Assembly (NCBI GenBank): GCA_016783485.1
Contig: JADHWM010000003.1
Location: 1-59,314, forward strand
Length of the DNA: 59,314 bases
Source: Candidatus Bathyarchaeota archaeon
GTDB taxonomy: Archaea > Thermoproteota > Bathyarchaeia > TCS64
Reading direction: 5' to 3'
Shown: one piece after another, positions 1-7,949 of the stretch
Position numbering within the stretch: position 1 is the first letter of the stretch
Layout of the letters: every line of letters begins with the position of its first letter
Notes under the pieces: generated by a model
What the model saw: only the letters and a program-made list of their open reading frames with translations
Database searches by the model: none
Told to the model about the DNA's origin: nothing
Program-made: the position numbers and the translations under genes

Positions 1-240
1 GATCCTCCGGGCCAGCTCTATCCCGTCCAGACCGGCCATCTGGAAATCGGACACGATGCAGTCATAGGTCACGCTCTCGAGCCGTTCCAGGGCGTCCTCG
101 GGTGAGGCCACAGATTCAATGGCTAGGTCTTCATCCGCCATCTCCAGGAACGCCTTGGCGTAATCCAGGTGGGTCGCCTCGTCGTCGACGTGGAGGACAC
201 GGATCTTGCTGGGTCTGGGAGATGGCTCTGGCTGCACCAT
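1..240 (-). CDS. Response-regulator receiver-domain protein (N-terminal part; runs off the window edge)
   Basis: Manual translation from ATG at 240 gives MVQPEPSPRPSKIRVLHVDDE...YDCIVSDFQMAGLDGIELARRI, which has the VDDE acidic pocket and the D-x-x-M-x-x-x-DG phosphoacceptor motif. Not in the ORF track. Confidence 0.9.
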   Translation of the reverse strand, partial: MVQPEPSPRPSKIRVLHVDDEATHLDYAKAFLEMADEDLAIESVASPEDALERLESVTYDCIVSDFQMAGLDGIELARRI

Positions 241-410
241 GGCTGACAAGTAGAATTTCTTTACCCCGTCTATATACATTCTTACAGAACGCGATATACT
301 CCCAAAGCGCGAGTTGGCACATGGTTCTGGGGCTTCGCCGAGAGAGTGGGGATATTCTTGCCGTGTCCCCCCCTGAAAAATATTAAAAACATGAAAAACG
401 GGTTCAACCC

Positions 411-1772
411 ATGCCCGAATTTTCAGAGATACTCGACAACATCCCCGACAGGGAGAGATACTACACCGTAGACGAGCTCCACCGGAGGACCCTGGATCTG
501 GCGAGCGAGTACCCCGACAAGGTGGAACTCCTGGACCTCGGACCGTCCACCGAGGGGGAGACCATCGAGTGCCTCAAGATAGGGGATGGGAGATACAACG
601 CCCTGGTCCACGGCTTCCCCAACAGCGAGGAGCCCTACGGCGGCAACGTGCTGGACAACTTCTCCAGGGCCCTGGTGGAGAACGACGATATCCGGGAGGC
701 CCTCGACTACACATGGTATCTCGTGAAGTGCAGCGACCCCGACGCCGCCCGAAGGAACGAAGGGTTTCACAAGGGGCCCCTCACGCCCCTCAACTTCAGC
801 CTCAACTACTACAGGACCCCCTACAGCATCACCCCCGACGGCTGCTTCCCCATCAGGTTCGGCCCCCTGGACCTGAACAGCCCCGTCCCGGAGACCCGGG
901 CCCTCATGAAGGTCCTGGACCGGGTGAAGGTCCACCTCATCAGCGCCCTCCACATGATGAAGTGGGGGGGCATCAGCTACATGGTGCCCTTCCCGTGCAC
1001 CGGACTCTACGCGGACCTCCAGAACAACGCCCGAAGGTTCAACGTATTCCCCCGGAAGAGGCCGGGGACGATGCTGGCCCCGGGGATCATGCACGCGGAG
1101 TACCTGACCCCGGCCCGGAACTGGGTGAGGCATCATGCGGTGGGGAACACCAACATCGAGCCCATCCAGGGCTGCGACGCCTACGAGTACGCCCAGGTGC
1201 TGAACCCCGACGCGTTCATCATCATCCCGGAGTGCTGCATCTGGTACGAGCCCCGGATGCTGGACGACCGTGTCAGCGAGTCCACCCTGGGGGAGGCTTT
1301 CCAGTACGGGAACGAGGTGACCAACCGGGCGAACAGCTTCCTCCTGGACGTCTGGGGGAGGGCGCTGCCCCACATGGTGACTGAGACCCCGTACAGGTTC
1401 ATGGTGGAGGACTACATGGAGCCCCTCATCAGTAAGTACACCAACGTGAGCAACCCCCCCTTCAAGTTCGACGCCAGGGTCCACGCCCGGAAGGCCACCG
1501 TGGCCGAGAAGATCGGGATCGAGGGGCACGACGACATCTACAGGATGTTCAAGCTGGGGGGGCTGAGGAGGGCCCTGGACGAGGAGTTCGAGGCCACCGG
1601 GAGCCCTGAGGTGGAGGCGCTGAGGGACGAGGCCCACGCCGAGCTGCTGGAGTACGACGGCTTCCTCCATGCGAATTACGATGTTGTGAACCATCCCATC
1701 AGGAATCTGGTGGGGATGAGCACAGGATGCCTCATGCACAGCGCCCTCTACGCTAAGACCCTCCAGCGGTAA
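411..1772 (+). CDS. M14 family zinc carboxypeptidase-like protein
   Basis: 453 aa with LGPSTEGETI, PNSEEPYG, DPD..RRNE, PETRALM and SALH motifs typical of M14 peptidases. Confidence 0.75.
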   Translation: MPEFSEILDNIPDRERYYTVDELHRRTLDLASEYPDKVELLDLGPSTEGETIECLKIGDGRYNALVHGFPNSEEPYGGNVLDNFSRALVENDDIREALDYTWYLVKCSDPDAARRNEGFHKGPLTPLNFSLNYYRTPYSITPDGCFPIRFGPLDLNSPVPETRALMKVLDRVKVHLISALHMMKWGGISYMVPFPCTGLYADLQNNARRFNVFPRKRPGTMLAPGIMHAEYLTPARNWVRHHAVGNTNIEPIQGCDAYEYAQVLNPDAFIIIPECCIWYEPRMLDDRVSESTLGEAFQYGNEVTNRANSFLLDVWGRALPHMVTETPYRFMVEDYMEPLISKYTNVSNPPFKFDARVHARKATVAEKIGIEGHDDIYRMFKLGGLRRALDEEFEATGSPEVEALRDEAHAELLEYDGFLHANYDVVNHPIRNLVGMSTGCLMHSALYAKTLQR

Positions 1773-1987
1773 TTCCGGGTTTATACCTTTTTTGGGAAAA
1801 TAGTGCGCACGTTATCTCCGGAGATGTTCCATACTTTCTCCTCCGCCTCGGCTGCGCGCTCTGCGGCCTCTCGCGCGATCAGGGTGAAGTGAAGAACAGA
1901 GTGTGGGGGGGACGGGGATCAATGTTGCGGGCGCGGAACTGTTCCAGGGAGTATTCAGGGTTTTTGATGTTCTCTTCAGCGATTCTC

Positions 1988-3184
1988 TCATGGTTGTGGT
2001 TCCTTGGCTAGGAAAAATAGGATGAGCATCGCCATGAGCATCATCGCCCCGTGGGAGAAGCCCATGGCCTGGTACCCTGAGAGGAGAACTATCAGGCCGC
2101 CCAGCCCCGTGCCCAGCACGCCTCCGAGGCTGAATGTGGCCTGGCTGAGAGACATCACCGTTCCCCTGAACCTTGGCACCTGCTCAAGCGTGAGGGCGTT
2201 CGCCGCGGTGAAGACGATGGCCGAGAAGGTGCTCCCCAGGAACCTGGCCCCCGTGGAGAGCCAGAGGTTCGGGATGTTGAGGTAGGCGAAGATGGACAGG
2301 GCGGCCAGGGCGGCGGGCCAGAGCATCGTGGTCTTCCTTCCGAACCGGGAGACGAGGCGTCCGCAGATGCGGGTCCCCGAGATGAAGCAGACCGAGGAGC
2401 CTATGACGAGGAGGGAGGCCTGGGCCGTCGAGAGGCCGAACTGCTCCCTGTAGTAGGAGGGGGCGTAGGAGACCATCGCCATGTATGCAGCGGAGATGAA
2501 GGCAGTGCCAGCTAGGCATGCGACCGCAGAAGTGTTCGTGAGGACTCCCTTGAAGCCCTCCATGAGGCCCGCCCCCTCTCCTCGTTCTCCCTTGTTTTCT
2601 TGTCCCGACGGCACGAACCTGACCGCGAGGAACAGTCCCAGCATGGAGACCGGCAGCACGAACCAGAGGAAAGACCCTCGCCAGCCCACGAATCCGGAGA
2701 TGTATCCTATAATCGGGGCCCCTACGAGGTGGGCGCCCGACATGCCGGCGATGATCCAGCTGAGGGCGTTGGCCCTCTGCTCGGGGGGAAAGTGCTCGGC
2801 AACCAGTGTGAAGGCCATCGGCCCTACGAGGGACCCCGCCATCCCCGTCAGAGCGTAGACGGCGAGGAGCACCGTGAAGCTGGGGGCCAGTATGCAGCCG
2901 GCCGTCGAGGCTACGAGAAGGCCAAGCCCCCCGATGAGCAGGGATTTGGGTCTGAAACGGAGGCTGAGGGCGCTGATAAGGAGGGCGGACAAGACCCCGA
3001 CGATGGAGGCCGCCGTCCCCACCTGCCCTGTGACGCCGACCGCCTGTCCGAAGGATTCGCCTATATCGATGAGGAGGAGGCCGGTCACGATGCCCGGGGG
3101 CATCGTGGCGAAACGGGAGATCACCAGGGACGGGAGGACCATCCGCCCCGGGTTTCCGACCGTTTCGGCCTCAGCGTCGCCCAT
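1988..3184 (-). CDS. MFS transporter
   Basis: 398 aa with about 12 hydrophobic segments and the MFS loop motifs GRLVSRFGRK and PEQRANA. Confidence 0.9.
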   Translation of the reverse strand: MGDAEAETVGNPGRMVLPSLVISRFATMPPGIVTGLLLIDIGESFGQAVGVTGQVGTAASIVGVLSALLISALSLRFRPKSLLIGGLGLLVASTAGCILAPSFTVLLAVYALTGMAGSLVGPMAFTLVAEHFPPEQRANALSWIIAGMSGAHLVGAPIIGYISGFVGWRGSFLWFVLPVSMLGLFLAVRFVPSGQENKGERGEGAGLMEGFKGVLTNTSAVACLAGTAFISAAYMAMVSYAPSYYREQFGLSTAQASLLVIGSSVCFISGTRICGRLVSRFGRKTTMLWPAALAALSIFAYLNIPNLWLSTGARFLGSTFSAIVFTAANALTLEQVPRFRGTVMSLSQATFSLGGVLGTGLGGLIVLLSGYQAMGFSHGAMMLMAMLILFFLAKEPQP

Positions 3185-3291
3185 TCAATTCACCGGCTCC
3201 ATTTTCTCGCTGCTGTGCGTGTTAAAGCCTCAGGTTCTATCCATTATTTATAATGCAGGCTGCCCGCGGGGAGACGTGGTTGACGCCTTCT

Positions 3292-3825
3292 CTATGAGCT
3301 GAAGTAGCCGTCGGCGTCGGTCGTCTCCGGCGGCAGGCCCCTCTCGACCCTCATCTTGGATTCCTCGCCTGCCAGGTACTCGAACCACATCCACCAGTCG
3401 GGGTTGTCGTATCTTTTCCTCTGCTCCTCGATCACGGGCCTCCACTTGCGCCACTGCATGGATGCCCCCAATCCCTGCAGCAGGTGGTAGACGGAGTCCC
3501 GGTCGATGAGCCCCCGGTGCAGGTGGTAGCCGATCCCGTCCAGGTATGTCCACAGGCGGTAGCGTTTGGTGTAGTTGTCCCGGTTCACCGAGGAGTCGTA
3601 TTTCCTCAGGAAATCGTCGTAGTCGGTATATTCGGCCTCGAGGAGTTCGGTGTAGTCGTTGAGCCACTCCTTGGTGAGCAGGTTCTCCCTCAGCTGCATC
3701 AGCGTCTGCGTCCTCCTGGCCTTGTTCGCGTTCCGTATGGTCAAAATGTAGTATGATAATCCCGCGAGGACCCCGAAGATGGCCACAACGTCCCGGGTCA
3801 TCTGCAGTGTGACTGGATCAATCAT
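3292..3825 (-). CDS. Membrane-anchored hypothetical protein (DUF4760-like)
   Basis: N-terminal TM helix followed by a helical domain with YLDGIG..LHRGLID and WFEYL motifs. Confidence 0.65.
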   Translation of the reverse strand: MIDPVTLQMTRDVVAIFGVLAGLSYYILTIRNANKARRTQTLMQLRENLLTKEWLNDYTELLEAEYTDYDDFLRKYDSSVNRDNYTKRYRLWTYLDGIGYHLHRGLIDRDSVYHLLQGLGASMQWRKWRPVIEEQRKRYDNPDWWMWFEYLAGEESKMRVERGLPPETTDADGYFSS

Positions 3826-3907
3826 CCTAGATCGAAGATTATGAGGTTGAACTGCGGAAAAGAGTATGGGGGAAGGATGAAAGGTGAAGTGAGGGTAACA
3901 TTATGGA

Positions 3908-4525
3908 TTATAACGTCCATCCGAGTAGCTTAACCGCTTGAATTATGTCTTCCTTGATCATGCGTCTCTTACTTCGTTCAATAAAAAAGGCTGGACCCGC
4001 TTGAAGATACGAAGGAAACACACGGATCTCCCCGTAATAATACTCGTCTCCCCTGATCTTATACGTAGAACCGACTGGAATCACTCGTTCTCCCAGTCGC
4101 CGTTTAGCGATATAGTTGACCGCTTTGATGGCGAAATCACCCATGAGCATGATCACCTTGACGTTGGGGAAAAGGGCCAGTTCTCCTTCGAGGCGATGCG
4201 AGCAGTTCTTTATGGTTGCCGCTTTTACGGTGTATCCCTGTTTTCCGCATTTAATCGCTGTTGTGAAGTAGACTCCTCTCTCGACTAGGTCATTTATTGA
4301 TTCTACTTGGATTCCTGCGTCTTTGAATGCTTGGACTGTGGTTTGGCTGAAAAGGGATTCTTTTCCAGAGTAGTAATAGTCGGTGTGTTCGTGTGGGGCT
4401 GCTTCGGAGACCATGATCATCTGGATGGTTTCTGGGATTATCTCCGCTTGAGGTATGATGTACTTTGAATTGTCTACGTCTAGACATGGGAAAGTGGTGC
4501 AGCTTATGTGTTCACCCGGCTTCAT
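3908..4525 (-). CDS. Uracil-DNA glycosylase superfamily protein
   Basis: IMVSEAAP, YFTTAIKC, CSHRLEGEL, VIMLMG and VFPSY motifs match the UDG-like fold. Lower GC than the flanking genes. Confidence 0.8.
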   Translation of the reverse strand: MKPGEHISCTTFPCLDVDNSKYIIPQAEIIPETIQMIMVSEAAPHEHTDYYYSGKESLFSQTTVQAFKDAGIQVESINDLVERGVYFTTAIKCGKQGYTVKAATIKNCSHRLEGELALFPNVKVIMLMGDFAIKAVNYIAKRRLGERVIPVGSTYKIRGDEYYYGEIRVFPSYLQAGPAFFIERSKRRMIKEDIIQAVKLLGWTL

Positions 4526-4581
4526 AGAAAATCCTCAGGTACAGTTACGGTGAGGTGAGCATAAGATTGTTGGATTCAAAG

Positions 4582-4690
4582 TTTGGACCGTCAAAAACGT
4601 TATAGACGTAAAGGATCAGTTGTCACTCAAGGTTCTATTGGTTAACTGGTGGAGTCCTAGCCCCGAGGTGGGGGGCTATACAAATACCAA
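4582..4690 (+). repeat. Conserved upstream element, copy 1 (BRE/TATA plus hairpin leader)
   Basis: TTTGGACCGTCAAAAACGTTATAGAC..AAGGATCAGTTG..TCAAGGTTC..CCTAGCCCCGAGGTGGGGGGCTATACAA, homologous to the copies at 5067, 5882 and 6519. Confidence 0.9.
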
Positions 4691-4711
4691 GATAGAAAGG
4701 AGACATGAAAC

Positions 4712-5011
4712 ATGAAGGTTGTAAAATACTATGAATTTGCCGTAGAGGATCAAGATGAGATGTTTGAAAAATGGGGAAAGTATCTAGAAAAAAGTGCCAA
4801 GACGCCTGAGAAATATCCAACGTATATTTTTGGACCATCTGCGCTCGCCAAAGTTGGTGAATATATGAAAGGTATCTCGATAATGGAAGTTGACAATGAA
4901 GAGCAACTGATAAACTATTTACTCGAACTCTCACCCCCGCTCAAGGCCAAGTTTGAGCTCTTGTATGATGGCGGAAAGTACGTTCAAGCCTATATGACGA
5001 GGAAGAAATAG
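4712..5011 (+). CDS. Small hypothetical protein, DUF3303/GYD-like dimeric alpha+beta barrel
   Basis: 99 aa with an AGGAG SD upstream; beta-alpha-beta pattern KGISIMEVDNEEQL. Confidence 0.7.
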   Translation: MKVVKYYEFAVEDQDEMFEKWGKYLEKSAKTPEKYPTYIFGPSALAKVGEYMKGISIMEVDNEEQLINYLLELSPPLKAKFELLYDGGKYVQAYMTRKK

Positions 5012-5034
5012 CTTGAAGAGTCAATGGATACTAT

Positions 5035-5063
5035 CCCCATCTTTTTTCTTGAAACCCCTCAGA
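5035..5063. repeat. Conserved downstream element, copy a (truncated, left arm only)
   Basis: CCCCATCTTTTTTCTTGAAACCCCTCAGA. Confidence 0.75.
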
Positions 5064-5066
5064 ACT

Positions 5067-5173
5067 TTTAGACTATCCAAAATGTTTTAGACCTGAAGGA
5101 TCCGTTGACATTCACGGTTCTACTGGCTAACGGTTGAACCTAGCCCCGAGTTGGGGGGCTATACAAGTACCAA
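5067..5173 (+). repeat. Conserved upstream element, copy 2
   Basis: TTTAGACTATCCAAAATGTTTTAGACCTGAAGGATCCGTTG..GGTTC..GAACCTAGCCCCGAGTTGGGGGGCTATACAAGTACCAA. Confidence 0.9.
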
Positions 5174-5196
5174 AGGAGATGAGAAGTGAAACACAG

Positions 5197-5460
5197 ATGA
5201 CTATAGCACAATATTATTTCGACTGGAAGGGACCAAGAGACACAGTGAAGGAATACGGAGAGAAACTAGTAAAAGCCTGTGAGAAAACAGGAACCAAGTT
5301 CCATGGTATTTATGGACCCGGTCAGGACAAATGGAACTTTGTTGCTATGATAGAGGCAGAAGACATGCAAGAATGTATGAAGCCATTTCAAGAAGCTGGT
5401 GGTATGCCTGAAAACATGCCTCACTTCATCGTGAAGTTCTTCAATAAAGTCTACCCCTAA
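5197..5460 (+). CDS. Small hypothetical protein, GYD/DUF3303-like
   Basis: MTIAQYYFDWKGP...FHGIYGP..KWNFVAMIEAED. The ORF-track start at 5134 lies inside the repeat; ATG 5179 is an alternative start. Confidence 0.7.
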   Translation: MTIAQYYFDWKGPRDTVKEYGEKLVKACEKTGTKFHGIYGPGQDKWNFVAMIEAEDMQECMKPFQEAGGMPENMPHFIVKFFNKVYP

Positions 5461-5484
5461 ATATTCAATAACCTCCTTCCAGAA

Positions 5485-5527
5485 CCCCCCCTCTTTTTTC
5501 TTGAAACCACTCAGATGCTGATTCTAA
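5485..5527. repeat. Conserved downstream element, copy b
   Basis: CCCCCCCTCTTTTTTCTTGAAACCACTCAGATGCTGATTCTAA. Confidence 0.85.
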
Positions 5528-5600
5528 GGATGATTACGAGGAGTTCCATAGTTAGTTGTATATAATTCAATGAGGATTTCTTGAATGAGGAGGCCCATGG

Positions 5601-5837
5601 TTGTCAGTTAAAGACCGGATGGAGGACATGCTGAATGCGATCGAAGAGGCTGGCAGCGATGGTGTTGAGATGAAGGATCTGGTGAAGAATTACTATGAGA
5701 AATGGGGATTCAGGCTGTCTACCATCAAGGGTTATGTTCATGATCTCGAGGAGCTTGAGAAGGTCAGGATTGTGGGGACGAGGATCTACCATGCCAGCTT
5801 TGAACCTCCAAGGGGATTGGTTCGTTCCACCAGATAG
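5601..5837 (+). CDS. Small putative winged-helix DNA-binding protein
   Basis: 78 aa with three predicted helices then a beta hairpin (STIKGYVHDLEELEKVRIVGTRIY); GAGGAGG SD and a TATATAA box upstream. Confidence 0.6.
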   Translation: MSVKDRMEDMLNAIEEAGSDGVEMKDLVKNYYEKWGFRLSTIKGYVHDLEELEKVRIVGTRIYHASFEPPRGLVRSTR

Positions 5838-5881
5838 TAGTGGGTTTCACGACACTAACATTGTTTCACATATAATCTTGT

Positions 5882-5968
5882 TTTGACTCTCAAAAACGTT
5901 ATAGACCCGAAGGATCAGGTGAAGTTCAAGGTTCTACTATGGTAGTGGAACCTAGCTCCAATGGGGAG
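5882..5968 (+). repeat. Conserved upstream element, copy 3
   Basis: TTTGACTCTCAAAAACGTTATAGACCCGAAGGATCAGGTGAAGTTCAAGGTTCTACTATGGTAGTGGAACCTAG. Confidence 0.9.
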
Positions 5969-5973
5969 ATTAT

Positions 5974-6354
5974 TTGGTTAAAGTGAATGGAAAAAAAGTG
6001 GAGTGGGATAGAGCACCGAATTTTGTGAATGATGTTCAGAGAAAGGTGCTCTGGAAGGACGAGAAAACAGGAGCTTTGTTCGCTATCTATAGAATCCCGA
6101 AGGGTCTCGACTCTAAAGAACAGTTTCCTCATAGCCATCCCCTTGCGAATCAATTTAGGTTTAACATTTCTGGAGAAATGGAGATGCCTAATGGCACAAT
6201 AATATCATTTTCAGAAGACGATTACGGATTCAATTATTGTCCTAAAAACGAGGAACATGGCGCTGTACCAAAGGGGGTCAAAGTCCACAAGGACTGGATT
6301 TACCTCCACTACTTTGATGGACCCGATGATTGGGATGACTCTGATAGGGACTAG
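5974..6354 (+). CDS. Cupin-fold protein (ChrR-like)
   Basis: W...RKVLWKDEKTG, PHSHP, ISGEM and P..EEH cupin motifs; TTG start after GGAG. Confidence 0.7.
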   Translation: MVKVNGKKVEWDRAPNFVNDVQRKVLWKDEKTGALFAIYRIPKGLDSKEQFPHSHPLANQFRFNISGEMEMPNGTIISFSEDDYGFNYCPKNEEHGAVPKGVKVHKDWIYLHYFDGPDDWDDSDRD

Positions 6355-6406
6355 CCGGTTATTCATGAGACTTTTTCTTCATAAATCATCAATGGACTCC
6401 TGCTAG

Positions 6407-6475
6407 CCCCTAATCCTCGTTCTTTTTCTTTAAACCACTCCTATGCTGAATCTAGTGAAGAATAGATCATTGGGG
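6407..6475. repeat. Conserved downstream element, copy c (full imperfect palindrome)
   Basis: CCCCTAAT..TCTTTTTCTTTAAACCACTCCTATGCTGAATCTAGTGAAGAATAGATCATTGGGG. Confidence 0.85.
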
Positions 6476-6518
6476 ATGAATGAGGTATTATACTTACCAC
6501 AATGCTTGCATATCTCAT

Positions 6519-6591
6519 TTTGACTGTCCAAAACGTTATAGACAGGAAGGATCAGGTGAAGTTCAAGGTTCCGCTGAGATAATGGAACCTG
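6519..6591 (+). repeat. Conserved upstream element, copy 4
   Basis: TTTGACTGTCCAAAACGTTATAGACAGGAAGGATCAGGTGAAGTTCAAGGTTCCGCTGAGATAATGGAACCTG. Confidence 0.9.
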
Positions 6592-6609
6592 GATCAGAGG
6601 TTGAAGAAA

Positions 6610-6870
6610 ATGCCTGAAATGAAATATTTCATCGTATACGCAAACTGGAAACCAGAAATTCAAGGACTAGACAGCGTGAAGGAAGCCATGGAGAAATACA
6701 CGAAAGTAATCGAAGAGGCTGGATGCAAAGTGAAGCTCTGGGGTTCAGCTCTGGGTGTTCCAGAGACTGCGCTAATCGTCATAAAAGGCAGTCCTGAAAA
6801 CTACTTGAAATTACTCCCACTACAGGCACCGTATACGAACACAAGAACCCATGTAGTGCTAACGTTCTAA
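6610..6870 (+). CDS. Small hypothetical protein (GYD-like); paralog of 56167-56436
   Basis: MPEMKYFIVY...G.PE..IKGS...P..TRT pattern shared with the 56 kb ORF. Confidence 0.7.
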   Translation: MPEMKYFIVYANWKPEIQGLDSVKEAMEKYTKVIEEAGCKVKLWGSALGVPETALIVIKGSPENYLKLLPLQAPYTNTRTHVVLTF

Positions 6871-6880
6871 ACAAAAGACT

Positions 6881-6936
6881 CCCCTTTTTTATGAAATCAC
6901 TCAGATGCTGATTCTAGTGAAGAAAAGAGTATGGGG
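6881..6936. repeat. Conserved downstream element, copy d (full imperfect palindrome)
   Basis: CCCCTTTTTTATGAAATCACTCAGATGCTGATTCTAGTGAAGAAAAGAGTATGGGG. Confidence 0.85.
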
Positions 6937-6959
6937 ACAGGCATCCACCCGTGAACCCT

Positions 6960-7310
6960 CCCCAAACAACCCTAAACACCAAAACAACCCACAAAACAAA
7001 CCCTGATAGAGGGGGGGAGGGGGGGGGTCATGCATCGGAACCTGAATAATCAATCCCTAGACGAAAGGAACCTGAAACCCCTCCCGATCACCATCGAATC
7101 ATGTCAAAAGGAGCACTTATACATACCCAAAAAACGCCCCACCAGAGGAGGCTCCTCCACAAGCCACAGAGGCTCCATTCATGCAACCCAGAAGCTATCA
7201 AGAACCAAACAACAACAAAACAAACCAGAAAAAACCCCCCAAAACCAAAAATAACCCACAAAACACCCCTAACCACACCACCCACCCCAGGAAAAAAATC
7301 CACCACATAA
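6960..7310. other. Low-complexity A/C-rich tract containing a G7-A-G9 run
   Basis: Stretches such as AAACAACCCTAAACACCAAAACAACCC; G-run at 7011-7027; GGAACCTGAA at 7037 and 7067. Confidence 0.8.
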
Positions 7311-7314
7311 AAAG

Positions 7315-7389
7315 TGGGCCGGGCCGGATTCGAACCGGCGGCTTCCGCCTCGTAAAGGCGGCGTCCTAACCAGGCTGGACCACCGGCCC
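7315..7389 (-). tRNA. tRNA-Val (anticodon TAC), intronless, CCA not encoded
   Basis: Reverse complement GGGCCGGTGGTCCAGCCTGGTTAGGACGCCGCCTTTACGAGGCGGAAGCCGCCGGTTCGAATCCGGCCCGGCCCA folds as a cloverleaf with anticodon loop TTTACGA and T-loop TTCGAAT. Confidence 0.97.
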
Positions 7390-7421
7390 CCAGATACAAC
7401 ACCCGCAACCCAAATATACAA

Positions 7422-7949
7422 CTATCGAGAACCCAGCATCCCCACGATCTCCCCGTGGAGCGCCCACATACGCGCCACCGCCGGGTGGTCCTCCCCCAGC
7501 TCCTCCGCCATTCTCCCTACCGTCACACCGAACTCCACCTCCCCCGCCCCCTCAGCCAGTTTATCAGCGTAGCACACCAGCTTCTCCTCCAACGAGTCAG
7601 GCACATACACGCCCACGGGTAACCCCAGCTCCAACGCCTCATCCGCCGGGATGCCCGCCCCCACATGCCTCTCGATGATCCTTACCACGGCCAACGGGAG
7701 CCCCAGCCCCCTCGCCAACTCCCCCCCCACAGCCCCATGCCCGATGCCATGAGTGACGCTCCTACCCAGATCATGGAGCAACGCCCCCGCCTCCACCAAA
7801 GCGAGATCCACATCGAACCCCGCATCGACAAGCTCACCCCCGATCCGAGCAGCCAACCCCGCCACATTCACACAGTGACGGACAACCCCCCGACTGCACC
7901 CAGCATCCCTAAGAATCCCCAGGGCCTCACCCCGCCCCGGGAGGCTCAA
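7422..7949 (-). CDS. HD/HDIG-domain phosphohydrolase (TIGR00295-like)
   Basis: HC..V, LLHDLG, H...G, ERHVGAG and EEKLVCYADK motifs. Confidence 0.9.
   Translation of the reverse strand: MSLPGRGEALGILRDAGCSRGVVRHCVNVAGLAARIGGELVDAGFDVDLALVEAGALLHDLGRSVTHGIGHGAVGGELARGLGLPLAVVRIIERHVGAGIPADEALELGLPVGVYVPDSLEEKLVCYADKLAEGAGEVEFGVTVGRMAEELGEDHPAVARMWALHGEIVGMLGSR

Noticed and set aside
423-1739. Long antisense and alternate-frame ORFs (also 32558-33589, 53863-54942 and many others)
   Set aside because: They are shadows of GC-rich coding genes and carry no recognisable motifs.
4582-6936. Canonical integron or CRISPR array
   Set aside because: There are no RYYYAAC/GTTRRRY attC cores and no intI. 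The repeats are long, degenerate and separated by whole genes, unlike CRISPR repeats and spacers.
3850-7389. Classic tRNA-integrated element with attL/attR
   Set aside because: I saw no duplicate of the tRNA 3' end and no integrase in the window.
7030-7408. Short ORFs over the low-complexity tract and tRNA
   Set aside because: Their compositions are biased (K/T/P/Q or G/V/F/W) and some overlap the tRNA; they are artefacts of base skew.
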